Of a DNA stretch of 64,000 bases, positions 1-10,400 are shown one piece after another. The stretch comes from Polymyxa betae A26-41 (Eukaryota > Protista > Endomyxa: Phytomyxea): the NCBI GenBank assembly GCA_003693705.1, contig RBZT01000588.1, positions 1-64,000 on the forward strand, written 5' to 3'. The notes under the pieces were generated by a model. It searched no databases and had not been told where the DNA came from. It saw only the letters and a list, made by a program, of their open reading frames with translations. Made by a program: the position numbers and the translations under genes. How positions within the stretch are numbered: the first letter of the stretch is position 1; the number at the start of each line of letters is the position of its first letter.

Positions 1-160
1 TTGTTGTTGTACAGGCCACCTCCCAGACCTCCACCTCCCAAACCCCCAGTAGGACCGTTGTTGTTGTACAGGCCACCTCCCAGACCTCCACCTCCCAAAC
101 CCCTAGTAGGACCGTTGTTGTTGTACAGTCCACCTCCCAGACCTCCGCCTCCCAACCCCC
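1..160. repeat. 57-bp coding tandem repeat (19 aa, GGLGGGGLGGGLYNNNGPT on the minus strand), about 2.8 copies visible
   Basis: Units at 1-57, 58-114 and 115-~160 differ at only a few bases. Confidence 0.95.
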
Positions 161-952
161 CATTATTTCTGTTAAGGCCAGCGTTAAGGCTGTTCAGACC
201 TAGGCCGTTGCCGCCGAATCCATTAAGATTCTGAGGCTGGAATGGAGCTGCCCCATAGCCTTGCGGTTGATAAGGCGGCAGTGCAGCTTCGTTGTGGCCG
301 TTATATGGCGCCCGTTGTGGTTGCTGTTGTTGGCCTTGGCTGTCATCATCTACTGATTGGCCATTCCCTTGATCGTCGTCGCTGTTCTCGTTAGCTTCGG
401 TTTGGTATGACGGATCAAGCACCTGAATGTGAATGAAAAACTGCAAAACCATAACTAACTGAGATATTCACCTTTGATACGATATGCAAAACGCCATTAT
501 CGAAATAGTGATCACCTTCGACAACGTACGCGTCGTTGACGGCGATGATTCGATCGTTGTCGATATCAATGGGCTCCGATACGATAACGCTGCCGTCTAG
601 AGCTTCCATTGTGCCATTTAGCAGATCAGTTGAGAAGTTCCCCCTCACAATATGGTATCTTATGAGATCTGCCTATAAACTCGTTTAGTCGTCTGACATA
701 ATCGTATCGAAATCTTATTACTAGTTCAGTCTGATTTGTTGGCCAGCTGTAGTTTTGGCAGGCATCATCATTTGGAGAAAAAATTGTGTAAGGCCCTTCA
801 TCATCAGTCAGTTCGTCTATCACGCCAGTGGAATTTAGATAATCGAAGAAGATTGATATATGTTTAATCTTATTTGCAACTGATGATATATCATCGGCCT
901 TGACCGAGTATGCGAAAAGAAGGCACGTCAAGGCCAATGTTAACGTTGGCAT
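1..952 (-). CDS. Secreted fasciclin (FAS1) domain protein with acidic/Gln linker and Gly/Asn-rich tandem-repeat tail; 3' end lies outside the window
   Basis: Signal peptide MPTLTLALTCLLFAYSVKA. FAS1 H1 motif YTIFSPNDDA, YH motif (ADLIRYHIV, restored by splicing intron 673-721) and H2 motif NGVLHIVSKVL (intron 423-471). Exon 3 reads VLDPSYQTEANENSDDDQ...GGLGGGGLGGGLYNNNGPT repeats, open to base 1. Confidence 0.85.
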
Positions 953-1131
953 TCTGTTGTTTGGAATGAGGATCCCCTTCCGTTCGGGACCAGGATCATA
1001 ACCTTGAGGAGTTCCTGTCCATAATGATCCGCCATTCTCCGATCAAGTCGTATCCATATGCTAAATGTGGATAAAGGTACGTCCTTGAGGGAATTGTTTC
1101 GTCCTGCCTGGATTCAGGACCTTCTGGATCA

Positions 1132-1272
1132 TGTACACGTTCATATCTGGAAGAATCTAAGTTGATATGGTCACAGTCACGAATATGCTATCAGCCATGG
1201 CTGTACACGCTCATATCTGGAATGAATCTAAGCTGATTTCGTCTCAGTCACGAATATGCTGTCAGTAACTGG
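1132..1272 (+). repeat. ~70-bp tandem duplication spanning the P450 5' region and start codon
   Basis: tgtacacgttcatatctggaa-gaatctaagttgat...cagtcacgaatATGctatcag (1132-1201) aligns with tgtacacgctcatatctggaatgaatctaagctgat...cagtcacgaatATGctgtcag (1202-1272). Confidence 0.9.
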
Positions 1273-2773
1273 TATCAAGCCATTTGTTCAAGCTGGATTT
1301 CTTTCGGTTGTGGCCTATGTCGCTTTTAAAGTCATCCAATATTTCGTCTGGTGCCGGAAACTTTCTCGAGCTCTTCGCACAGTCAAGGGTGTTTCCGAGA
1401 ATCCGAATTGGCTTTTGGGAGATGTACGTTTAATCAAGGAAGCGGGCAGTTTGACTAATCTGAGAGCCGCCGCATTCGATCGGTTTCCTGGAGAGCGTTT
1501 TCTAAAGGTCTACTTAGGGCCAATGCCTATTCTGATGAGTCGTGAATACGATTTCTTCAAGTTCGTAACTAGCAATCAAACAGGAAGCCCGACACCCTTC
1601 GGGAAAGTTCGTAATGCAGTGATTCACGTTCTGATTGGATTTTATAATGTCATCGCGTTGGATGGACCTGAATGGTCTTTGCACCGAGGAACGTTAACGT
1701 CTTTATTTAGTTTAAAAAACTTACAAAATGCAATCGACTTCTCCAATACACTTTATGACCGTCTTGAACATCTCTGGGACGAAGAAATTGCTGCCCAATC
1801 TTCAACATCTCAGTCTGCTGTTATCGATTTCGAACCGTACGCAAGCCAGCTTGCCGCTGGAACAATCATCAATTTGCTTTTCTCAATAGACGCTGGTGTT
1901 TTGAAGCAAAACATTCACACACTGCCGCCGATGATCGAAAAGTTTGAAGCAGCTCAGAAAGAAACGGAGCAACTCATGCGGCTTCCGCCTTTCATGTCCA
2001 ATTGGCCACTTCCAGCTCGTATCAAACTTTATTGGCGCTGTCGCGAGGCCGATAACGAGTTCCAGGCCATCATTCAACAGCGTCGTGACAAGTTTCAAAA
2101 TGAATACGTGCCGAATCAAGACCTCAGTCAAGATGCGTTCGATTTGATGTTAAACCCAGCTGTCCAGCCACCGTTTTCCAACGAAGCAATCCACGATAAC
2201 ATTCTGGCCTTATCCTGGGCCGGACATCGTCCTGCTGAACTGCTTATATCATGGTGCCTCTATTACCTGGCTAAATATCCCCAACATCAAGAGACCGTTT
2301 TCGAAGAAGTCGCCGCGCTTCCGCGCCCTTTTGTGTACGACGACATTAGTCGCTGTACGAACCTGGATAAGTTCATCAATGAGGTTTTACGAATCACATC
2401 GATCGCTCCCTCGATGTTGAAGCATTCGACAACTGACGAAACCAACTACAATGGATTGCAATTGCCCAAAGGGCTTTGGGTTATGGTATCGATTTTCGAT
2501 ATGCATCGCGACCCGACGTATTTTGAAAAGCCCGATGTCTTCGATCCGGAACGGGAACTTGCAAGCAACTCCAAATTCAATCCATTCTCGGCAGGAGAAA
2601 AACGCTGTCTGGGTATGAAACCTGCTCGGTTGGAATGTCGCGCTTTTATCGCTGCAATTATTCGCGGTTATCGAGTGGAATTAGTGCCTGGAGCCAATTA
2701 CAATGTGATACGTCACTTCCTGGTCCGGCCTGAAGCAGGAATGAAAATTCGTATTCACAAGCGAAGCTCATAA
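1256..2773 (+). CDS. Cytochrome P450, N-terminal membrane anchor, intronless, atypical I-helix (AGHRPA)
   Basis: 505-aa ORF with a TM anchor, Pro/Gly hinge NPNWLLGD, C-helix WSLHR, K-helix EVLR, PERF-like FDPER and heme motif PFSAGEKRCLG. Confidence 0.95.
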   Translation: MLSVTGIKPFVQAGFLSVVAYVAFKVIQYFVWCRKLSRALRTVKGVSENPNWLLGDVRLIKEAGSLTNLRAAAFDRFPGERFLKVYLGPMPILMSREYDFFKFVTSNQTGSPTPFGKVRNAVIHVLIGFYNVIALDGPEWSLHRGTLTSLFSLKNLQNAIDFSNTLYDRLEHLWDEEIAAQSSTSQSAVIDFEPYASQLAAGTIINLLFSIDAGVLKQNIHTLPPMIEKFEAAQKETEQLMRLPPFMSNWPLPARIKLYWRCREADNEFQAIIQQRRDKFQNEYVPNQDLSQDAFDLMLNPAVQPPFSNEAIHDNILALSWAGHRPAELLISWCLYYLAKYPQHQETVFEEVAALPRPFVYDDISRCTNLDKFINEVLRITSIAPSMLKHSTTDETNYNGLQLPKGLWVMVSIFDMHRDPTYFEKPDVFDPERELASNSKFNPFSAGEKRCLGMKPARLECRAFIAAIIRGYRVELVPGANYNVIRHFLVRPEAGMKIRIHKRSS

Positions 2774-3029
2774 TGCTACGTCTGTACGCTGCAATTGCTG
2801 ATGTACCCAGTCCACTCCCAAACCATTCTAAATACACCCCTAAATAAATCTCAGTGTTTGGGCGATGACAGCTTTCCAGCTGACTTTGTAGCTCTGGCCT
2901 AGTTAGAGATGTTTGTCTCTCAAATACATTCTACATCAGAGATGTAAGAGATAAAACGTTTTGTAACATTACAAGAAGCGTAACATTACTTTCAATGAAG
3001 AGAAGGGCTCCAGAATTGCGTGATCGATA

Positions 3030-4756
3030 ATGACTTCGTCAGGACCAGTTGGCCATGACATCCTGACGCAGGAAGCGCTGTCGGCCAAGACCGCCGATCA
3101 GCTTCGGGAGCTCTGCCGAGATGCAGGCGTCTCGTCATCCGGCAGGAAGAACGAGCTGATCGCGCGCTTGCTACAATCCAGACAATTTCGCGTCAGGACG
3201 GCCGATCCCGCCCGACCCAACCAACCGGCCAATGTACATTTTAATGCTGTTGCGTGTATAGATGAATTATTTTTCTTAAAGCTGCTTTGCTTGTTCTGTT
3301 TTTCATTGTGATTAAATCGCTGCGCTTAGGGAGGCATGCGATTACGGCGCCCAGCACCACCCGAGCATACACGTCTCTTGCCAGTACAGCCGAATGTAGG
3401 TTGAAACGGGGGATTGCACGACCACTAACCGCCTGCGTTTAGCTCCTACCGCCGCGAAGGAAATCGCCGCCGAAGCGACCAGCTGCTCCTGGTCCCGTTG
3501 ATCCACGACTTCAGCGAAGCTCGGTGCCGCCACAACAACCGCCTCCAGGTTGTCAGGCTTTATTAACGAGATTATTTGCTACAAATTTGTGTTGGGGCGA
3601 TGGCGTCATTGGTTGATTCTGGATTATTTACAGTCGTGGATGATTTCATCCCAGACCGCGAAGAAGAATCGCTCCCGATGATGGATCTCGATGACGATTA
3701 TGAACCCGCTCCGATGATGGAACCTGTTTCGATCTCAGTGAAAGCAGAGCCCATTGTTGAATCCGAGCCGATTGTCCAAAGGAAATCCATCACTGCTGAT
3801 GTCAAGCTCGAACCGTATCGATGATGCCTGTTTGCTCTTCATATCGTCACGTTATTGTGTCTTAGGTTTGATGGATTCTCGGTGGCGTTTGTCTGTCATT
3901 CGAATCTGAATCGAAGTATGGAGGCCCACTATCTCTGTATGCAGGCCGATCCCTTCAAAAACAACGCCAAAAATATCAGAAGCTATGGAGCGGTACCGAA
4001 TTTCTTGTCTTCCTCGCTGTTTCGAATAGCCGCATTTCTGGCTGCTGCGATTAATGGAACTCATTATCTAGTTGATAGGGCGGTCGTGTGAATCTACCTG
4101 GAACGACGGCCAACAGTCCACACATCTTCGATTTCGGAGTCGCCGGCTATGCAGATATTCAAAAGACATTGATTGAGAATGATCGAGACCAGTTCTATAC
4201 TCGAATGGGAATATTGAAAATGATCGACAGGAATCTGCAATTGAAACCCAAACCCGAACGGTATTCGCTGCTGATCCTTTTCAGTTGCTTTTGGCACTTT
4301 GGCGCTTCTTCTAGTTCTCCTCGATTGCAGTTTATTATATTTGGACTGAATTTAACATTACAGATGGCAAGATGAGCCCAGACATTTCAACTTGATTGTC
4401 TGCTTCGAACAGAGAATTTTTGGTAAATTATTTTTCAGACACCATATTTTTTAATGTTTAAAATCGCTTGCCCAGATATCGTTGTGGAAGATCTGTACTC
4501 CCGGAAGCCAGCCCAGCACAGACTCGCACATGTCGTGAATATTGAGACCCCCGATAATTTCGCTTCTGCTAAGATTGGCGGTACATTAGCCTGCCAGCTT
4601 GTAGAAATGGTTTGTACGAGCTCCTGGTGTTCTGCGCCCTACCAATCATTGTCTTTGCAGATCGCGAAATCTCCTGATTGGGAAGCCGAGTTTCCAGCTC
4701 TGTTGGGGATTATCGAACAGACTGTACAGCTACAACACGCTGTCGTGTTTTATTAA
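3030..4756 (+). CDS. SSU72: RNA Pol II CTD phosphatase Ssu72 with N-terminal SAP domain and Pro-rich/acidic linker (multi-exon)
   Basis: SAP motif LSAKTADQLRELCRDAGVSSSGRKNELIARLL. Ssu72 catalytic loop VCHSNLNRSMEAH, plus IRSYG, VNLPG, YTRMGILKMIDRN..KPKPERWQ, CFEQRIFD and HVVNIETPDN. GT-AG introns 3234-3329, 3549-3633 and 3815-3865 keep the frame. Confidence 0.85.
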
Positions 4757-4881
4757 ACTAGAATCACAAATTGATTTTAAAAGTAATGCAGGACATTTCG
4801 ATATCAGTCCGAACGCTGTCTAGATTAAAGACATCATGATTGATACACAGACGTCTGAAATGCAGTGCACAGCTCGATGAG

Positions 4882-7125
4882 CTAGCTGCTTGGTGGGCGA
4901 CGACGAAGATTTGCATACGTCGTTCCCACGTTGACGACGAACGTGGATGCAAACTCAGCTATGGAATCGGCGTGTAGATTGCCGTTATCGATCTTATGAA
5001 GGCTGACCAGCAGATAGGACATGCGATTCATGACCTCTTTCTTGCTGTTCACACGAAGATCAACACACCAGGATCGATCATCATTGGGGAAGGAGACGAG
5101 AATGGGCGCCGTAGTCTTGGCACCCTGCGAAATCGACACCAAATGGACCGGAAGATTGCTCTGGACGTCGACCAGCTGGACCTTCATGGCCGCCGTCTCG
5201 CTGAGCTGCATGTCCATGACTTCCAGTACGACCTTCTCCTGAGTGAACAGCCAATGTGGATATCCAGCCTATGAGACCGAACGAGCATCTGAATGTCGCA
5301 ATGCGATTCTCAAAGCGACAATACCTTCCAGTAAATGTGGCAGCTCTCCAGAAAACGTGGCAGCAGAGGCGACGTCGATCGCCACGACGTTTGTGCATCG
5401 TTGATCGGAAAGATGGGTGCTGGAACAGTGAGAGCGGGCGGCGGCGGCACCGTCATACGGGTTTGGGGATCATCACCAGCACGATAGACACGACGGGATG
5501 ACGTCAGCTGACAGACGCTCGACAGGCACGAATCGACGATCGTCACGTGTTTCTTGTCGTCGACGCGCAGCAGCTGCGACCGTATCACGTACAGTTTCGA
5601 TTTGTCGCCGACTTTGGCCTTCCGCACGCCCGAGAACGAGATCGTCCCTTGCGACGGGATCACGTCCTTCGTCTTGATGCGACAGCAGGCCTCGATGGCG
5701 CCGCCGCCGACCGCGCAGAGATCCAGCCTCATCTTGTACGAGCCGCCGTCCGGCAACGGGGCCAGCATGGTGGTCTCGACGGGAGTGTCGTGATAGGTGG
5801 ACATGAACAGATGGATGGCGCCGTTATCATCGATCTGTTCGAGGTCATACCGGACTCAATACACGAGCAACAATGGCGAAAACCTTGAGAAGCGGAATCT
5901 CCCACTTCACCACCATCTCGAACATGCTCTTCTCACTTCGCGTCGAATAAATATCGGCGTTGATGACCTGCTGGACCATCTCGGGCGACGACAGCTGGCT
6001 GATCAGACGGGACATGACGTCCTGGAAGTCGGTGCGACAGACCAGGATCATCTGTTGCTGGGCGCCTTCGTTCATATCCGACGAGATCAGTACCGGGGCT
6101 GGATCGTTATCGCCGGTCATGGCGATCGAGTTCTGGCGCGACGCGCTGATCTCGTACGGAATGTAGAAACAGTTGTACTGGGCGAACAGATCGCGTCCCT
6201 TCAGAATCCAATCCATCCCAGCATGAATGGCCTCGTACATAACTCGGCGCTGGTTGCGATATTGTGGCAGCAGCGACAGACGGATATGCAGGCAGGGATG
6301 CCCATCATCCAAACCCGTGTCGTGCTGCAGCGAGAACTTGAGAAATCCGGCCAGGATCTGGGGCGGGCCGCCACCCGTGTTCATGATCGCGGATCCGGGT
6401 TGGGTCTGGGCCAATAGGGCGCCAGGCCGAGGCCCGATACGGTCCTTGGCGAACAGGACCCAGGGCCCAAGACCATTGGTCGCCCATTGCTCCACGTACG
6501 AATCGAACACCGAACGGATGCGTTGTTCGTCGCCGCTATCGCCACAATTGCCGCCGTGAACGGCGAAGAACGACGACCAGTCGTTGGCCGTCATCTGGAC
6601 GAGGATAATGTTCGTGGTCGACAGACACCGGGCTCGATTGGACATGACGATTTCGCAATCGAGGGTGACCGCCGGGTTGGCTGGCGCTGGGCGTTTCGCC
6701 GGCTGGAAAACGGGATCCGGCTGGAAGTTCTCGATGCGAACGCGTTTCGAGCCAGAATACGGGAACATGGACGATTTCAAGACTCGAGCGCTATCCTCGG
6801 CGATGTCATCGTCGAGAATCCAAGGCTCGAGGACGGTCTGCGGTTGCCATGGATCCGGGCCGACTTGCGGCGGCAGGGACAGGTCCATGGCATGGGGCGG
6901 TCGATGCGCCATCTGCGGCCCAGATTCGTCCATAAACGAATCGATATTGGTCCGGCCGTCGACCGGCCGCAATAATTCGATCGGAGGCGCGCTGGGCGGC
7001 GGTTCGTCCTCGACCATGCGGTTGGCGAGCGAACCTGGACGCTGCATCTGGACTGAAAGCGGCTGGGTATCGTACGGCGAGAAGAAGTTGACGGGGGAGA
7101 TGTTGTCCAATTCCAACGACACCAT
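4882..7125 (-). CDS. Multidomain protein: disordered N-terminus, RimJ/RimL-like GNAT fold, two beta-rich C-terminal domains (3 exons)
   Basis: GNAT-like pattern IILVQMTANDW...YVEQWATNGLGPWVLFAKD...LAGFLKF...IRLSLLPQYRNQRRVMYEAIHAGMDWIL. Two GT-AG introns join ORFs 5845-7125, 5310-5804 and 4882-5217 in frame (LLK|IDDNGAIHLFMSTYH and HIYWK|AGYPHW). Confidence 0.6.
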
Positions 7126-7411
7126 GGACGACGAAGGGATGGATGGGAAAGGTTTCGGCCGATCTCTGATTACAACAATGTCGCCATTCCGATGCTGATA
7201 CTGCTGGGACAGCTATTGCGTCCCATTGTCCGGGCCCATCTTCCACCAATCGTCGACTGGTTGCAACAACTCGACCGACCGGAGATCCAGACCAATCGCA
7301 CTTTACGACGACCAGACCAGCGGGCCAGTACTACGACCTGCTGTTGCTGTTACCCACCGGGTTCTCTGTATTGATAGATTTTCGGCAGTATGAAGGGGAG
7401 GTTATGGCGTC

Positions 7412-10400
7412 CTACATGGTCTGCAGCTTGCTGAGCTGATAGTAGACGCCCTGTTTCTGTAACAGCTCAGAATGGGTGCCAAGCTCTACGACCCGACCGT
7501 GATCGAGCACGGCAATGATGTCTGCTTTCTGGATTGTCGCTAGGCGATGGGCGACGACGATGGAGGTTCGTCCCTCCATCAACATATTTAAAGCTGACTG
7601 AACCAGAGCCTCACTTTCAGTGTCCAATGCAGAGGTCGCCTAAAGGAACATGAAGTTAGCAGAAATGGGCACGTGATATCATAGCAGTACTTCGTCTAAC
7701 AGCAGCAGCTGCGGATCGATTAGAAGGGCCCGGGCGATGGCAATTCGTTGACGTTGGCCTCCGGATAATTTCGATCCCCGTGGCCCGACTTCGGTTTGGA
7801 ATCCATCCGCCAAACGATTAATGAACTCCATGGCGTTGGCCAACTTGGCGGCCTGAACCGAGTTAAACAGGCGATGGCAGCAGCGATAAATTCCTTTTTT
7901 ACTTCTTTGACTTTGCTTTCTGGAGCAGTCGGATCACCATAGCAGATGTTATCATAAATTGTGCCATTAAATAAAACCGGCTCTTGAGAAACCAATCCGA
8001 TTTGTCTGCGGAGGTCGGTGATATCAATCTCCTGTAATGGCGTCTCTCCTGGTTGTTATTATCAGCACAATGCTTCCAATTCTAGCAGCGAACTTTACCT
8101 ATCATAATGCCACCAGCTTCGGGATCGTAGAATCGAGGAATCAGGCTTGCCGTTGACGTTTTGCCTTTGAACAATTTAGAAAAGCTGCTTTCGCTTCCTT
8201 ACAATTTGACATACCTGAACCCGATGGGCCAACAAGGGCTAGCGTCTTACCAGCAGGGCACGTTACTGTCATACTATCAAGAACCTATCACAAATATGAC
8301 GATATTTGATGGTGTCATGAGTAAATAGCCAACCTTGACATCAGGCCGGTTTGGATATCGGAAGTCGACATTTTTGAATGAAATCGAGCGCCCTTTCAAG
8401 GGCAGCGTCTTGCCAGACTTGGCACCGATCGTGGTCTTCATGTCTAGAAACCTGAAAACCTCTCGGGCCGCCAGTTTCGCTTTGGCTCCATCTGGTGCCA
8501 TTTCCATTACCTAATAGAGCAATCTCAGTGTCTGTACAGAAATCAACTTCTCGTTTCATGTACTTGTCCAACACCCATCATACTCATAACGATTGAGAAG
8601 AACACCTTGAACAGATGCATTGGCTCAGTCATAAGTCCTTCCTTGACAAGCCACGACCCATAATAGAATGCCACGCCTGAATTAGGTCATCGCAGACCGA
8701 TGCCGAAATGGGCCGGTACGTACCGTAAACGGCAAACATCACGAACTGACTTAGAGCGAAACCAAACCCGGCCAGGACGGAACCCTTTCGACCTTGTTCG
8801 ACCGCCGGAATCAAATTGGTCTCGAAATCTTGCAGAATCTGATACCAATGAGTATTGAGCCAAATAGCAGCCAAACTAAACTATTAACCTGGCGTTCGGC
8901 TGATAAAGAAGCGACCGTCCTGATGCCATTGACTGCTTCGTTCGCCAGTCGACCGGCAAATTCGTAGGCAGATTTGCTGTTCGATCCAGCGATGAACGCA
9001 AACTGATTGCTGAGTTGAGAAATTTACAGACTAAACTGAAGATATAGAAACCTGGGCAGCACCTGCCGCAGCGATGATGGGACCAGCTGCCAACATCACC
9101 AATGTTAACCGCCAACTGTAATAGAAGGCGATTCCCAGACCGGCGACTTCAATGAAATCAATATAATGTGGAGACTCTCAAGGGGCGATGATATACCGAG
9201 CATTGTTGTCATTTGAATAATAGTGGAGCTCGAGCCAACAGTGAGACCTCGAACGGCTACAGACCGAAATTAGGAGATGAGCCATCATCACTGTTCGCAT
9301 CTTACATTCGCAATCGTTGCTGAGTTTCATATTCAGGATTCCAGGCGAGTTGTTTACATCGTCGAACCAGGCCACATCCTGACCACAATCAAAGCCCGAC
9401 AATGAAGTCAATACGAATGTAAAACCTGGGCTAAAAAGCATTTGAACAACTCATTGCGCAGCTTCAACGTTAATCGCTCGCCGACCACCGCGAACGAGCC
9501 AAACGCGACCGCAGCAGCAACCACCTTTGCAATAAATCAGTCGAACACAAACAGGATGGTTGGTGATTTGAACCTGGTAAACTCCCAGCCCAAGATACAC
9601 GAGACCCCATAGTCGTGATAACTCTTCGACATTCGGCTTGAAGAAAGCTTGTAGCATCTCGGCCAGGATGAATGAGAACGACGGCATAACGAGGCCCATG
9701 GCTATCGATGCCAGGGCACCACTCAGCAGAAACGGCAGAGAATCCAGCGAGAACTTCCAGAGGCGGTTCATTTCGCTGGAACTGATCTTCGGCGGCGGTA
9801 CTGCCTCGGCTGGTTTCGATTCGTCCGGCTTCGATATTGTAGAAGCAACGGCGCCTTCGTCGCTTTTTGTTGGTTCTCCCTCTTTCGAGGTCAAATCAGA
9901 AAGCTTGACATCGTTCGTGTCAATATCACTGGCCGGATCCAGGGCCGACGCTTTGGTCATGCCGGCATACACGCCCCCGAGCGCCACGAGCTCGGCATGC
10001 GTGCCCTGTTCGTGCAATTTTCCGTTCTTCAGAACACAGATCTGATGGGCATCGCGAATCGTTGAAAGCCGATGAGCGATCACCAGCGTGGTTTTCGTTT
10101 GGGATGCGTTATTGAGCGCCTAAGACAATGCATTTGAGTGTCTCCTGTTTTTAAAAATATCTTCGGAACCTGCTGGACAAGCTTTTCGCTGTGCGAATCC
10201 AATGCAGACGTCGCTTCATCAAAAAGTAGAATTTGCGGGCTGCCCACGATAGCTCTGGCGATACAGACCCTCTGCAAGAAAAACGTAAAAAGTTGGCGCT
10301 TTCAAAGGGTCTGAAGGCGTACCTGTTTCTGTCCACCACTTAATCGTTCATTACCGCTGCCACCAACATCGGTCTCGTATTTATCTGGGAGATGACTGAC

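Noticed and set aside
1-160. Possible CRISPR array
   Set aside because: The repeats are contiguous 57-bp coding units with no unique spacers, in a eukaryotic context with no cas genes.
1-234. Plus-strand Pro-rich extensin-like ORF
   Set aside because: It is the antisense shadow of the Gly-rich fasciclin repeat; the minus strand has the signal peptide, domain and splice sites.
4996-7198. Multiple long plus-strand ORFs
   Set aside because: Expected antisense open frames of a GC-rich minus-strand gene; no motifs.
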